Shown here piece by piece: positions 26,161-37,809 of a stretch of 64,000 nt of DNA. The stretch is taken from positions 28,830,001 to 28,894,000 of the forward strand of contig NW_027266273.1 of the NCBI RefSeq assembly GCF_022045235.1, read 5' to 3'. This DNA comes from Haliotis cracherodii. Taxonomy: Eukaryota. The notes under the pieces are model-generated. The model ran no database searches. It had not been told where the DNA came from and worked only from the letters and a program-made list of their open reading frames with translations. Made by a program: the position numbers and the translations under genes. Every line of letters begins with the position of its first letter. Position 1 is the stretch's first letter.

Positions 26161-27169
26161 AGAATCACACATGTGTCAGGCATGTGGCTTTCAAGAAAGT
26201 AGCCCACGTCTATGACGTCCTACAGATGCCGCTTTCCTCCCACGTCCCGCTGTGTTATGACCTCCTGTGTATGACGTGAATAGTCCTCCAAGCGTCATTA
26301 ACCCATTGCAATCATTCTGATGCGTAATGATGGAGTTGTGAACAAGTTATTAAATAATTGTGACGTTACTGCGGAGACTAAAAGTTTTTAGAACCAACAA
26401 TCTGATAACTAAGAATCTATCAGTAATATTCACACATGGTGCAATTTTATTATTACGCAGTGATGGCCTCATTAGGGTCGTCACATCGATAGAGTACACC
26501 CCCATGAATTACGTGTAATGACGCTTAATCCCATCTTTTCCTTGCGGTAATGATGTAGGGCCAAGCGAACACAGCACTGAAGATGTTCTACCGCAGTGTT
26601 CTAGACTCTTGCCCATGGGTATAGGAGCATGTACGACCACCATGAGGCTCTTTTCTATCCACGGAATTGATGGTCTGTGAAGAATCTGTAGATGCTAAAG
26701 AGCATGTAGATGTGCCTGTCGAAAAAGAGAAAATAAGAACGTGCCACAGTTTTCCCAACCATTAGTCGCCCACTTCCGATAAATCCTTCTCGTATGCCTA
26801 CATTAGCAGATGCTTAATCTTTTGCTTCATAATGACCCCAGCACAGTGCTCATGCATGGGAGATGAACGTTCTTCTTTCCCATTAGCCTTTCAAATCGGA
26901 GTAGGCAAAAAGGAAGAAGACGACCTTACTCGTCGCGTGAAAATGTGTGTCAGTTCCGCAAACGTTTCGTTGACATACTTCCGCTGTACACACACTGTAA
27001 AACTCTGTTTAGGTCTGAATACAAACTTAAGCGGGTTACGTGTCCCATAATGCTGACGCGTGTAGATTTCGGATTGTGTTTAACTGCGAAACGTGTTAAT
27101 GATGTGAACGTGGTTGAGATTTGTACCCGAGTATTGTCCAGGTATATCGACTACATTTTGTTGATTTGT

Positions 27170-27433
27170 TTATTTGTTTGTTGCTTAATGCCACAATCAG
27201 CAATAGTCCAGCCATATGACAGCGGTCTGTAAATAATCGTGTCTGGACCAGACAATCCAGTGACTAACATCATGAGCATCGATCTACTCATTTGGGATAC
27301 GATGACATGCATCAACCAGGTCAGCGAGCCTGACCACCCGATCCCGTTAATCACCTCTTACGATAAGCATAGACGTCTTATACGGCAAGCATGGGTTGCT
27401 GAATACCTATTCTACCCCGGCTCTTCTCGGGTC
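27170..27433 (-). mobile_element. SINE family A, full length, with a duplicated hairpin segment in the head
   Basis: Homologous to the 18420 copy; extra ATGCTTGCCGTATAAGACGTCT unit. Confidence 0.88.
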
Positions 27434-28788
27434 AAATTCAGTTGAACAACCAATACGTCCAGAAAGGGGGTACAGTCAGACACCTTCACTTGTTTCTGGT
27501 TGTTGCTCGGGTAACAGAACATTTGTCTATATAATGATGGTTTAGACCAACATAATCGAATTTCTAAACTAAACTATTCCCAGATGGTCTATAAACGCAT
27601 GAGTAAATCTGATCCCAGGTGATCTAAAGCATGAGTGCGTTGAGGTGTATCGATACAGTGGAAGACGCCACGTGAGACCCTACAGAGGATAAAGAGTTAA
27701 ATAAAGAAATGCTAATTAATCCAATCCACTCAGCTTAAGCATCCTAAGTTGTAAACTGACTATAAATACCATATGAAATCTGTTTCTCTCCAGTGTCCTA
27801 ACGCTATGACAAGGTAATCGAGGTTGTTTGACGTGTTAAAAACACTGTTTGTGGAGGCAGCGATCACAACGAGCAAGGCAGATCTGTCGGAAAACCTAGA
27901 TTTAATGTACTATTGTACTTAACTTCAACGATCTGGACGATACTGTTAGACACAAAACTATTCTGTTTTTTAAACAGAACAAACCTCTTCAACTGTACTC
28001 TTCTTCTTCATTTTCAGCTTGCAAACAGATCGCCTTTGTTTAGGAATAATATTGGCAGAACTTCCGGGAGGGGATGTAACTTCTCCAACTATTAGTGTTT
28101 TATAACCATGTTCAAGTCCCTTTTCAGAATTTATTCTATTCTACAAATCTCTTCAACTCGTGAAATATTTCTAAGGTAACTGAATATTATGCTACAGTTA
28201 CAGACCGTGTACAGATATGTTGTCTCTACTGTAATGTGACTATTTGTATGCGTTCGGGTTTGCTTGAAAATAGTTTGTGACAATGGCAGTGTGACTGTGA
28301 CAAACATGTTCTAAAATTCAAGAAATCAACGTCTATTTTAATAATTAAAACAACCGTTAGTATTTTCTGTAGAGAAACGTCGGACATGAGTTTTAAGGTC
28401 ACGACGTTGTTAACCTCATGGCATATCCCGTTATCATAGTGAAGCACCAAGTGCTCACGCAAATCTCCACGCGTCATGCCCTTGCAGGTTACACAAGCCT
28501 CCTTCTCCCATCAACAGACGCTCACGTACCTTCATCCACCCACCTGTCAATCCATTCCCAGGTCAGCACCAACGCACTTGATCACCCCTTCCATTCATTC
28601 ACACCTCCAGTCAGGTAATAATTGATACACCTGTCTAAGTCCCGCGTCCGCCCAGATATTGCTCTTACAATCTATTAATCTATCTCATTTTCTACACACC
28701 TGTCTTGAATTATCGACGATATCGGAAGCATTATTCAATAAATTGTTTGATAGGTATTACTTGGAAGTTGGCGGATGACAAAGTAGAT

Positions 28789-29022
28789 ACAATTTGTGGA
28801 TAACAACTTCTTTATTTCCTGTAAAGGCGACGTTGCTGGATATATACTTATACCGTTGTCAAGCAAGGCTGAAAAATGAACATGGAACAGAATATATATA
28901 GTAGGTGGTTGATTAACATTCTGTACCAAGTTCATTATTCAGCCTTGCTTGACAACGGTATAAGGATCTATACCGAAACGTCGCCTTTGCAGTAAATAAA
29001 GAAGTTGTTATCAATAAATTGT
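28789..29022. mobile_element. Fold-back element (~105-bp arms, ~24-bp loop) resembling inverted Penelope pLTRs, with a hammerhead-like motif
   Basis: Left arm 28789-28893 is the reverse complement of 28918-29022; right arm has TTGACAA-C-GGTATA-AGGATC-TATACC-GAAACGTC followed by AATAAA. Confidence 0.75.
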
Positions 29023-30039
29023 GCCAACCATGTCATTAGGGAAGACAATGTATGGATGTCAACTTCTTTCTTTTGAGGAACACAACATATAAAGCAGTTA
29101 ACATCCATAAATTCTCTTCCTTATGTGTATCACTTCTAGATGCCCTTCAAAGACTTGATACCGTGCCATTATTCAATAATTCGCCTATATGGCAAAGGGG
29201 CATCAACACCATATGCTTGTCCATTGCCTTTGAATCAACAAATAATTTCATTATTTTAGGACGTGCAACTAAAGGTCATGTATGAAAACGGATCATGCTG
29301 TGATTGTGGCAGTGGCGGTGAGCAGTCCGTCCTCGCATTGCCGTGCTGACGACGCTTCAATGGTTACCCTTAAGTTACTCTGCCTTTACAAATTCAGGCC
29401 TTTTCCAGTGACACCGCTAGGCTACAGGATGCATGACAAGATCAATTGATTGTGAATTACTTGGTGTTTTGGCAGGGCGCGGGGCATGCACCTTGGGGCA
29501 GAAATTGAGCGCGAGTTATTTCCATGAATGTGTAGTCTCGATTCTTGAACATCACCTCAAGTCTAGACTGATGCGGAAGAGATCCTATGACTCGAGAAGG
29601 GATTTACATATCACCATTTTTTTAGAATCGTCGGATAGTCTTAAAGGCAAATTACCCGCCAACAGTGTGTATTTCGTTAACTTATTCGTAGTGGAAACGT
29701 TCAGGTTCAAGTATAATTGTGACCTCTTTCATGAAGGTCCGTGAAACTGATGCCGGGGAAATCTCTCCTTTACGTTTAGAGCTCGAAATTTGATTTGATT
29801 TTGTTCAGCTCTTCAGCCAATGGAATCCTTCTGACATCACTATCCCTAACCATGACCCCTATTCCTTGTTATTTGGAAAACATGCACGAGGAGAAAGGGC
29901 CTACAAGGCGGGCACTATCTTTTTTCGTTGTAAAAAAATGTGAGATTTAAGGAAAAACTGTTTGCAGTTTATAAGAATATGCATTAGTAATTTATCGTAT
30001 AATATTCGCTTTGTTATGGATTTAGTTGTGTGAGAACAG

Positions 30040-31230
30040 TCATGGTCAGTACAAGCGCCTTGGTCAGTACAAGTGACATGGTCAGAACAAGTGACATGGT
30101 CAGTACAAGTGACATAGTCAGTACAAGTGGCACGGTCAGTACAAGTGGCATGGTCAGTACAAGTGGCATGGTCAGTACAAGTGACACGGTCAAAACAAGC
30201 GCCTTGGTCAATACAAGTGACACGGTCAATACAAGTGACATGGTCAGTACAAGTGGCATGGTCAGTACAAGTGGCATGGTCAGTACAAGTGACCCGGTCA
30301 AAACAAGCGCCTTTAGGTCAATACAAGTGACACGGTCAGTACAAGTGACATGGTCAGTACAAGTGACATGGTCAGTACAAGTGGCATGGTCAGTACAAGT
30401 GACATAGTCAGTACAAGTGGCACGGTCAGTACAAGTGGCACGGTCAGTACAAGTGACATGGTCAGTACAAGTGACATGGTCAGAAAAAGCGCCTTGGTCA
30501 GTACAAGTGTTATGGTCAGAACAAGCGCCTTGGTCAATACAAGTGACATAGTCAGAACAAACGCCTTGGTCGATACAAGTGACACGGTCAGTACAAGTGA
30601 CACGGTCAGCACAAGTGACACGGTCAAAACAAGCGCCTTGGTCAATACAAGTGACACGGTCAGTACAAGTGACACGGTCAGTACAAGTGACACGGTCAGT
30701 ACAAGTGACACGGTCAGTACAAGTGACACGGTCAGTACAAGCGCCTTGGTCAAAACAAGCGCCTTGGTCAATACAAGTGACACGGTCAGTACAAGTGACA
30801 TGGTCAGTACAAGTGACATGGTCAGTACAAGTGACACGGTCAGTACAAGTGGCATGGTCAGTACAAGTGGCATGGTCAGTACAAGTGACACGGTCAAAAC
30901 AAGCGCCTTGTTCAATACAAGTGACACGGTCAATACAAGTGACATGGTCAGTACAAGTGGCATGGTCAGTACAAGTGGCATGGTCAGTACAAGTGACCCG
31001 GTCAAAACAAGCGCCTTTAGGTCAATACAAGTGACACGGTCAGTACAAGTGACATGGTTAGTACAAGTGACATGGTCAGTACAAGTGGCATGGTCAGTAC
31101 AAGTGACATGGTCAGTACAGGCGCCTTGGTCAATACAAGTGACACGGTCAGTACAAGCGCCTTGGTCAATACAAGTGACATGGTCAGTATACGCGACATG
31201 GTCAGGAGAAGCGCCAGGGTAAGTACAAGT
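30040..31230. repeat. 18-bp minisatellite (ATGGTCAGTACAAGTGAC)
   Basis: Direct reading; MVSTSD / LVLTMS ORFs are artefacts. Confidence 0.97.
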
Positions 31231-33240
31231 CAGTGTTTATTTGCTGGCACTGTGGTTCATTTTTTCACAGAGGTGTATGTGTTGTTGACAACATCTTGCG
31301 CACACATATTCAAATTTAAAAGAAACTGTTTGGTATTGAGGTAAAGAAATAACAAAACATGCAAGATATATTTAATAACAAGATGATGCGAAAGGCAGGT
31401 TATATCGTCTCTACGCTAAACATGAAAAATAACAAATCGGTTTTAGAGTATGTAACACAAACTAAAAGGAGCCAGATGTCGCATTACACTTGAACAACTT
31501 GACACTTTTATAGTGAAGTGATGGTAAAGTGATGGTAAAGCGCTGTTTATTGTGAATCGTTTATCTTTCACGTGAAGTGTTACTACAACAGCTTCATGTT
31601 GTTTCGCCCTGCAACTATATTAAGTTCAAGTTTATTGGATCACATGCCGGGGACGTATGTGTTCGTGTCTTATTGGAGGTTTTAGTCCCAAGTTCCAACC
31701 AGGTAGGATATTATTTTGGCTTTTACATATGGATCTGTTTCTTGTGTCAACAAGAGTTGTGCTCTCTTGAAACTTCAGTGAAACTATTTGATAACTTTTT
31801 GATAGGCGTGATGTTTTGTTATCTATTCTTGGAACTGTTTGATTGGCATAACGTTAGTTATCTGTTCTGTGGAGATATTGCAGTCGGTCTGGTGAACTGA
31901 ACCTTGATGCAACAACACTTGAACGAATTGTGAGCCACTCAGTTGTATTTAGAACAGGACTAATGACCAGTAGAGATGCTGGTACACAACTGATTACATT
32001 GACAATATGTTTGAATCACACCTCATGGAAGCTAGACATCTCTATCGGCTAGGCATTGATGGATGTGGTAGTTGCAAATTAGCCTTCCTTCAACTGCTAC
32101 AACATGTTTGCTACTGGTGGACAGCTGCATGGGCAACGTCAGATGAATTACTATGGCTGTCAGTATTGCCTAAACAAGAGACACATCATGCTGCATATAC
32201 ACATATGGGGTGTGATGTTTTGTGTGAAATTGACAGCAGGTGTCTCCTTACAGATGTTGATGTGTCAGGATTTAGGTTTAAATCCTCGGAACTTCACAAG
32301 ATTACCATACTTCAATATGCTCTTTCGTTTATCCTTGGGAGATGATGTATACATGGAACAATGCATGTATCTGAGGTTCATTTATTCTTCCCTGATGAGC
32401 TCTAAAATCAGCGTCGATGCACATATGATGACAGCGTGTGGCAGTGCCGTTAGCAGGTTTTTGATGTTTGAGTTCTTGAGAAATATCATTTCAATGAGGA
32501 TCATGTCAATGTCCTCAATGAGACTTTGGTTACTCTGACATTTACTTTGTCAAAGTAAGAGAGAATTTAATTTGAGGTTATTTGCTTTTATTCGATTTAT
32601 CAAAAGTCTTCTCTGAGTTTTGAAATCCTTACAAAGACTGTATGCCTTAATGCTTTTTTTTGTATTTTTTTAATGTATTTATTTACTAATATTTATTTCA
32701 AGCCAAAGCTTATATTATTGTCAAATTTGGCGGCTATGATTTTCAATAACTGTAAGCCCCATCGACCTGAACAAGTTCAGTCCGGTTTTAAACGGACATT
32801 CTGTTCCCCACGAGCGTATAAAAGTTATTTGGACTGCATTATCTCGTTTCAAGACATCAGGTTGTCGGTTAATGAATAAATCAAAAACTCCACATAGTTT
32901 TTACTTATCGTGCATCATAATGGGTCACATGTCTCTAGAAAAAACATTATTGTAAATAATTGTTGACATGTAAATTGAAATCCATAAATATAAACCTGAA
33001 AGTTTCATCTAGATGTGTGTAAAAGCTAAAGATTAGCTACAATCTATACAACATGTAGCTCATTCCCGAACATAGCTAAGCATTCTCAAAATCGTTTTTT
33101 ACTGTTTGCTTACTTCAAATTACAGTAATAACAAAATATTATGAACACACAACGGCATTTAGAAAGTGGTCAAATGTAACAAATGTTATATTTGGGATAA
33201 CTCTTTTTCTTAGTACAGATGCTCGTACTCTTTTGGGTTG

Positions 33241-33323
33241 AGTCCCATGGATTCGAACGCACACTCCTAGAGTGAGGCACGTATTTGCCTGTACACAAAG
33301 TCAGCGATCTAACCTGCTCAGCC
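33241..33323 (-). mobile_element. tRNA-like SINE head fragment
   Basis: Minus strand TGGCTGAGCAGGTTAGATCGCTGAC...GTTCGAATCC (A and B boxes). Confidence 0.45.
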
Positions 33324-33369
33324 AAATAAAAGTCCGACAACTGGTAGTCTAGATAACGTACTTTGTGTC

Positions 33370-35532
33370 ACCAATAACTAATAACTACATGTGCAGTGGT
33401 ATAGCAATACCTCCCTAACAACTACACGTGCAGTGGTATAGCAATACCTCCCCAACAACTACACGTGCAGTGATATAGCAATACCTCCCCAACAACTAAA
33501 CGTGCAGTGGTATTGCAATACGTTACCAATAACTACATGTGCAGTGGTATAGCAATACCTCCCTAACAACTACACGTGCAGTGGTATAGCAATACCTCCC
33601 CAACAACTACACGTGCAGTGATATAGCAATACCTCCCCAACAACTAAACGTGCAGTGGTATTGCAATACGTTACCAATAACTACATGTGCAGTGGTATAG
33701 CAATACCTCCCCAACAACTACACGTGCAGTGGTATAGCAATACCTCCCCAACAACTACACGTGCAAAGGTATATCAATACCTCACCAACAACTACACGTG
33801 CAGTGGTATAGCAATACCTCCCCAACAACTACACGTGCAGTGGTATAGCAATACGTCACCAATAACTACATGTGCAGTGGTATAGCAATACCTCCCCAAC
33901 AACTACACGTGCAGTGGTATAGCAATACGTCACCAATAACTACATGTGCAGTGGTATAGCAATACCTCCCCATCTACTACACGTGCAGTGGTATATAACA
34001 ACACGTCACAAATAACTACATGTACATGTGCAGTGGTATAGCAATACCTCCCCAACAACTACACGTGCGGTTGTATAGCAATACCTCCCCAACAACTACA
34101 CATGCAGTGGTATAGCAATACCTCCCCAACAACTAAACGTGCAGTGGTATAGCAATACGTTACCAATAACTACATGTGCAGTGGTATAGCAATACCTCCC
34201 AAACTACTACACGTGCAGTGGTATATAACAATATGTCACCAATAACTACATGTACATGTGCAGTGGTATAGCAATACCTCCCCAACTACTACACGTGCAG
34301 TGGTATATAACAATACGTCACCAATAACTACATGTACATGTGCAGTGGTATAGCAATACCTCCCAAACTACTACACGTGCAGTGGTATATAACAATATGT
34401 CACCAATAACTACATGTACATGTGCAGTGGTATAGCAATACCTCCCCAACTACTACACGTGCAGTGGTATATAACAATACGTCACCAATAACTACATGTA
34501 CATGTGCAGTGGTATAGCAATACCTCCCCATCTACTACACGTGCAGTGGTATATAACAATACGTCACAAATAACTACATGTACATGTGCAGTGGTATAGC
34601 AATACCTCCCCAATAACTACATGTGCAGTGGTATAGCAATACGTCACCAATAACTACATGTGCAGTGGTATAGCAATACCTCCCCAACAACTACACGTGC
34701 GGTGGTATAGCAATACGTCACTAATAACTACATGTGCAGTGGTATAGCAATACCTCCCCAACAACTACACGTGCGGTGGTATAGCAATACGTCACCAATA
34801 ACTACATGTGCAGTGGTATAGCAATACCTCCCAAACTACTACACGTGCAGTGGTATATAACAATATGTCACCAATAACTACATGTACATGTGCAGTGGTA
34901 TAGCAATACCTCCCCAATAACTTCATGTGCAGTGGTATAGCAATACGTCACCAATAACTACATGTGCAGTGGTATAGCAATACGTCACCAATAACTACAT
35001 GTGCAGTGGTATAGCAATACGTCACCAATAACTACATGTGCAGTGGTATAGCAATACCTCCCCAATAACTACATGTGCAGTGGTATAGCAATACGTCACC
35101 AATAACTACATGTGCAGTGGTATAGCAATACCTCCCCAACAACTACACGTGCGGTGGTATAGCAATACGTCACCAATAACTACATGTGCAGTGGTATAGC
35201 AATACCTCCCCAACAACTACACGTGCAGTGGTATAGCAATACGTCACCAATAACTACATGTGCAGTGGTATAGCAATACCTCCCAAACTACTACACGTGC
35301 AGTGGTATATAACAATATGTCACCAATAACTACATGTGCAGTGGTATAGCAATACCTCCCCAACTACTACACGCGCAGTGGTATATAACAATACGTCACC
35401 AATAACTACATGTACATGTGCAGTGGTATAGCAATACCTCCCCATCTACTACACGTGCAGTGGTATATAACAATACGTCACAAATAACTACATGTACATG
35501 TGCAGTGGTATAGCAATACCTCCCCAATAACT
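33370..35532. repeat. 37-bp minisatellite (AACTACACGTGCAGTGGTATAGCAATACCTCCCCAAC)
   Basis: ~55 units with two main variants. Confidence 0.97.
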
Positions 35533-37440
35533 CGTTTCACTAGCCTTCGGGGTTTACGGCTAAATTGAAAATGTTGCCATGTAACACTGTAACACTGTTA
35601 CACTGCGTTATCGGGGTTACAGGAGCTTTGTATCTTTTGAATAGTATTGTGATATTCATTATTAAATCATCTTTGTTTAGCTTGTCTGCAGTAAAATCTG
35701 AAATGGAATGCGAGATGGCTCATTATTTCCAGTGTATGCTGGTTCTATTGATCGTGTGGTACCCATTGAACATGGGGCACTCACACAATGCTAACATATA
35801 TCATTGATGAACGCTGGATGTCAATAACACTGATCCCGATACACAGGATACAATTATAACCTTCCGGGGAAATGATTTAGTAACGGTAAATCATTAAAAT
35901 GACTGTTAAATTGTATTGATCAACACAGAGGCTTCGTATGTGACGTAATATTGTCATATGTCGTGTCCACTTTTCCTTGTTGCCGGAACGCGGTACCAAT
36001 CTGTACTGGATGTTACATATATGTAGATTTGTCGTTTTCAGGCCATCGCAGTTTTGTCGCCAGTCGGATATGTCAATAGATTCATACACTTCCCGTTCAC
36101 AAATATGTAGGAATTGAGCCACCCTAGCGTCGATTAGTCACTAACAAGTAATGTAGGGGCCACACTCTCGTGAGATTCAACCCTTCAACTATTAATTAAA
36201 TTGACGTCTTATCCTCACTGCAGAAGCCTCACTGCAGAAGCCTTCTGTTCTTACTTTGTGTGTGTAATCCTTTGATAACCAACGACCTACGATGAATTAC
36301 GGATTATCCTCCCCAAGTGAATAAAAGTTATATTACATTATCTATGACCTTTATGGAAATGGTATACGGCTGTGTAATTTCTTGTTTAACATCTTTTGCT
36401 GAATCAGATTCATTCGAAGATCATTGCATTGTATTTGCACAATGAATAGTTGTCAGGACAGAAGTTCTATTTAATATAAGCAGTGGCGAGGAAGTTATTA
36501 TATTTAGATGTCAAATTATCTTTAAACTTCCGGAATACCTTGATCACTGTTTCGGATAGGTGAATATTATTATCCCTGAACTTTTGCTATCACCACTGTT
36601 TCCGTATATGATACTGACCACTGCTATCATATTATATGTTGTCACAAAATATTGTACTACCATTCTATTCTACACTGTCATTGCAATTGTTGTGCAGTCT
36701 ATTTTATTGATTTGTAAACCGAGTTCATTTAATAATACAATTGTTGATTATATAATATTTGTTGGTTGTTCGTTGGTTTCACTCTAAATTCTTGGTTAAT
36801 GTATTTTTAACGTATAGGTTAAATGATCCTGTGTAATAATATTCCGAAATTTGTACATATGCATTTTAGCAATTCCCAGTGCTGTATAATTAAAGTTTCG
36901 TTGTATTCATTGAAATTTCTGTATTCTGATTAGCCTGAATTGGGCACGTGTTATGTAAAACATTAAGCCACGCCCACCGAAGGGGACTACTTGATTACTA
37001 CGGAGTGTCGTAGACCCAATATTACCGTCGAGAGAGTTCCCTTTCCGCTCCTGTGTATAGCAATGCACAGAACATTAAGCGAAATCAAGCATTTATTATC
37101 AAAGCTACACTTTGAGACTGAAGGCCGAGAAGGAATGAATGGCAAACGTTCAAGTTCGCTCGCCTGTTTTTTGCCCGCTCGCCTGGATTCCACAAATTTC
37201 ATGTCTTCGGGTTTCATTTTTAACTCGCATTTTTCCATTAATGTTTGAATCTGCCTCAGAATCTGCAACAGCCGCCTTCTCCCGGACAAATTCGTTCCGG
37301 TTCGTTACAGTTGAAGTTCTCGCTTTGATTGACGGGTCCTATGAACTTTTTTTTATCCTAATCTCCGTTGACTTGATACTGACTTTGTGGGCAACAAATG
37401 CAACGTCATATTTTGTAAAAGACTGTTTTGGTGTTTCCGG

Positions 37441-37735
37441 GTGAGTGGGTGAGTGAGTTAGTGAGTGAGTGAGTGAGTGAGTTGGGTTTAACAGTATTCC
37501 AGTTATATCACGGCGTGTCAGCTTAATGTGGGAGGAAAGCCCGAAGTGATGCAGGTTTCAGACGTTTACCACCTCGGTGAAACCAACGAGTACGGGTTTG
37601 GTGCTGACAAACCTAGAAACATAATCGGGGCGAACCGAGATTCGAACCCACAATCATAGGTTTCTGGCGTGCCCAAGGGACGCAACTCTGCACAGCGAAT
37701 CGCGGCGCCTTAGACGACTGGGCCACCCGCGCCCC
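37441..37735 (-). mobile_element. SINE family C, full length, tRNA-Leu-like head with long A-B spacer
   Basis: Minus strand GGGGCGCGGGTGGCCCAGTCGTCTAAGGCGC...GGTTCGAATCTCGGTTCGCCCC; (ACTC)n tail. Confidence 0.9.
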
Positions 37736-37809
37736 CTATTTCGGATGAACAACCGATTCAAGCGATACCGCTTGGCTCTGTATCTTCGCCCAAATACTTC
37801 GCAATCAAT

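Noticed and set aside
30014-31344. Mucin-like (MVSTSD)n ORFs
   Set aside because: Frame broken by internal indels; no signal peptide or unique domain
31560-32560. Possible LINE RNase H or tyrosine-recombinase relic on the minus strand
   Set aside because: Too degenerate; no motif I can defend
36300-37430. Possible LINE ORF1/endonuclease relic on the minus strand
   Set aside because: Only faint resemblance; needs a profile search
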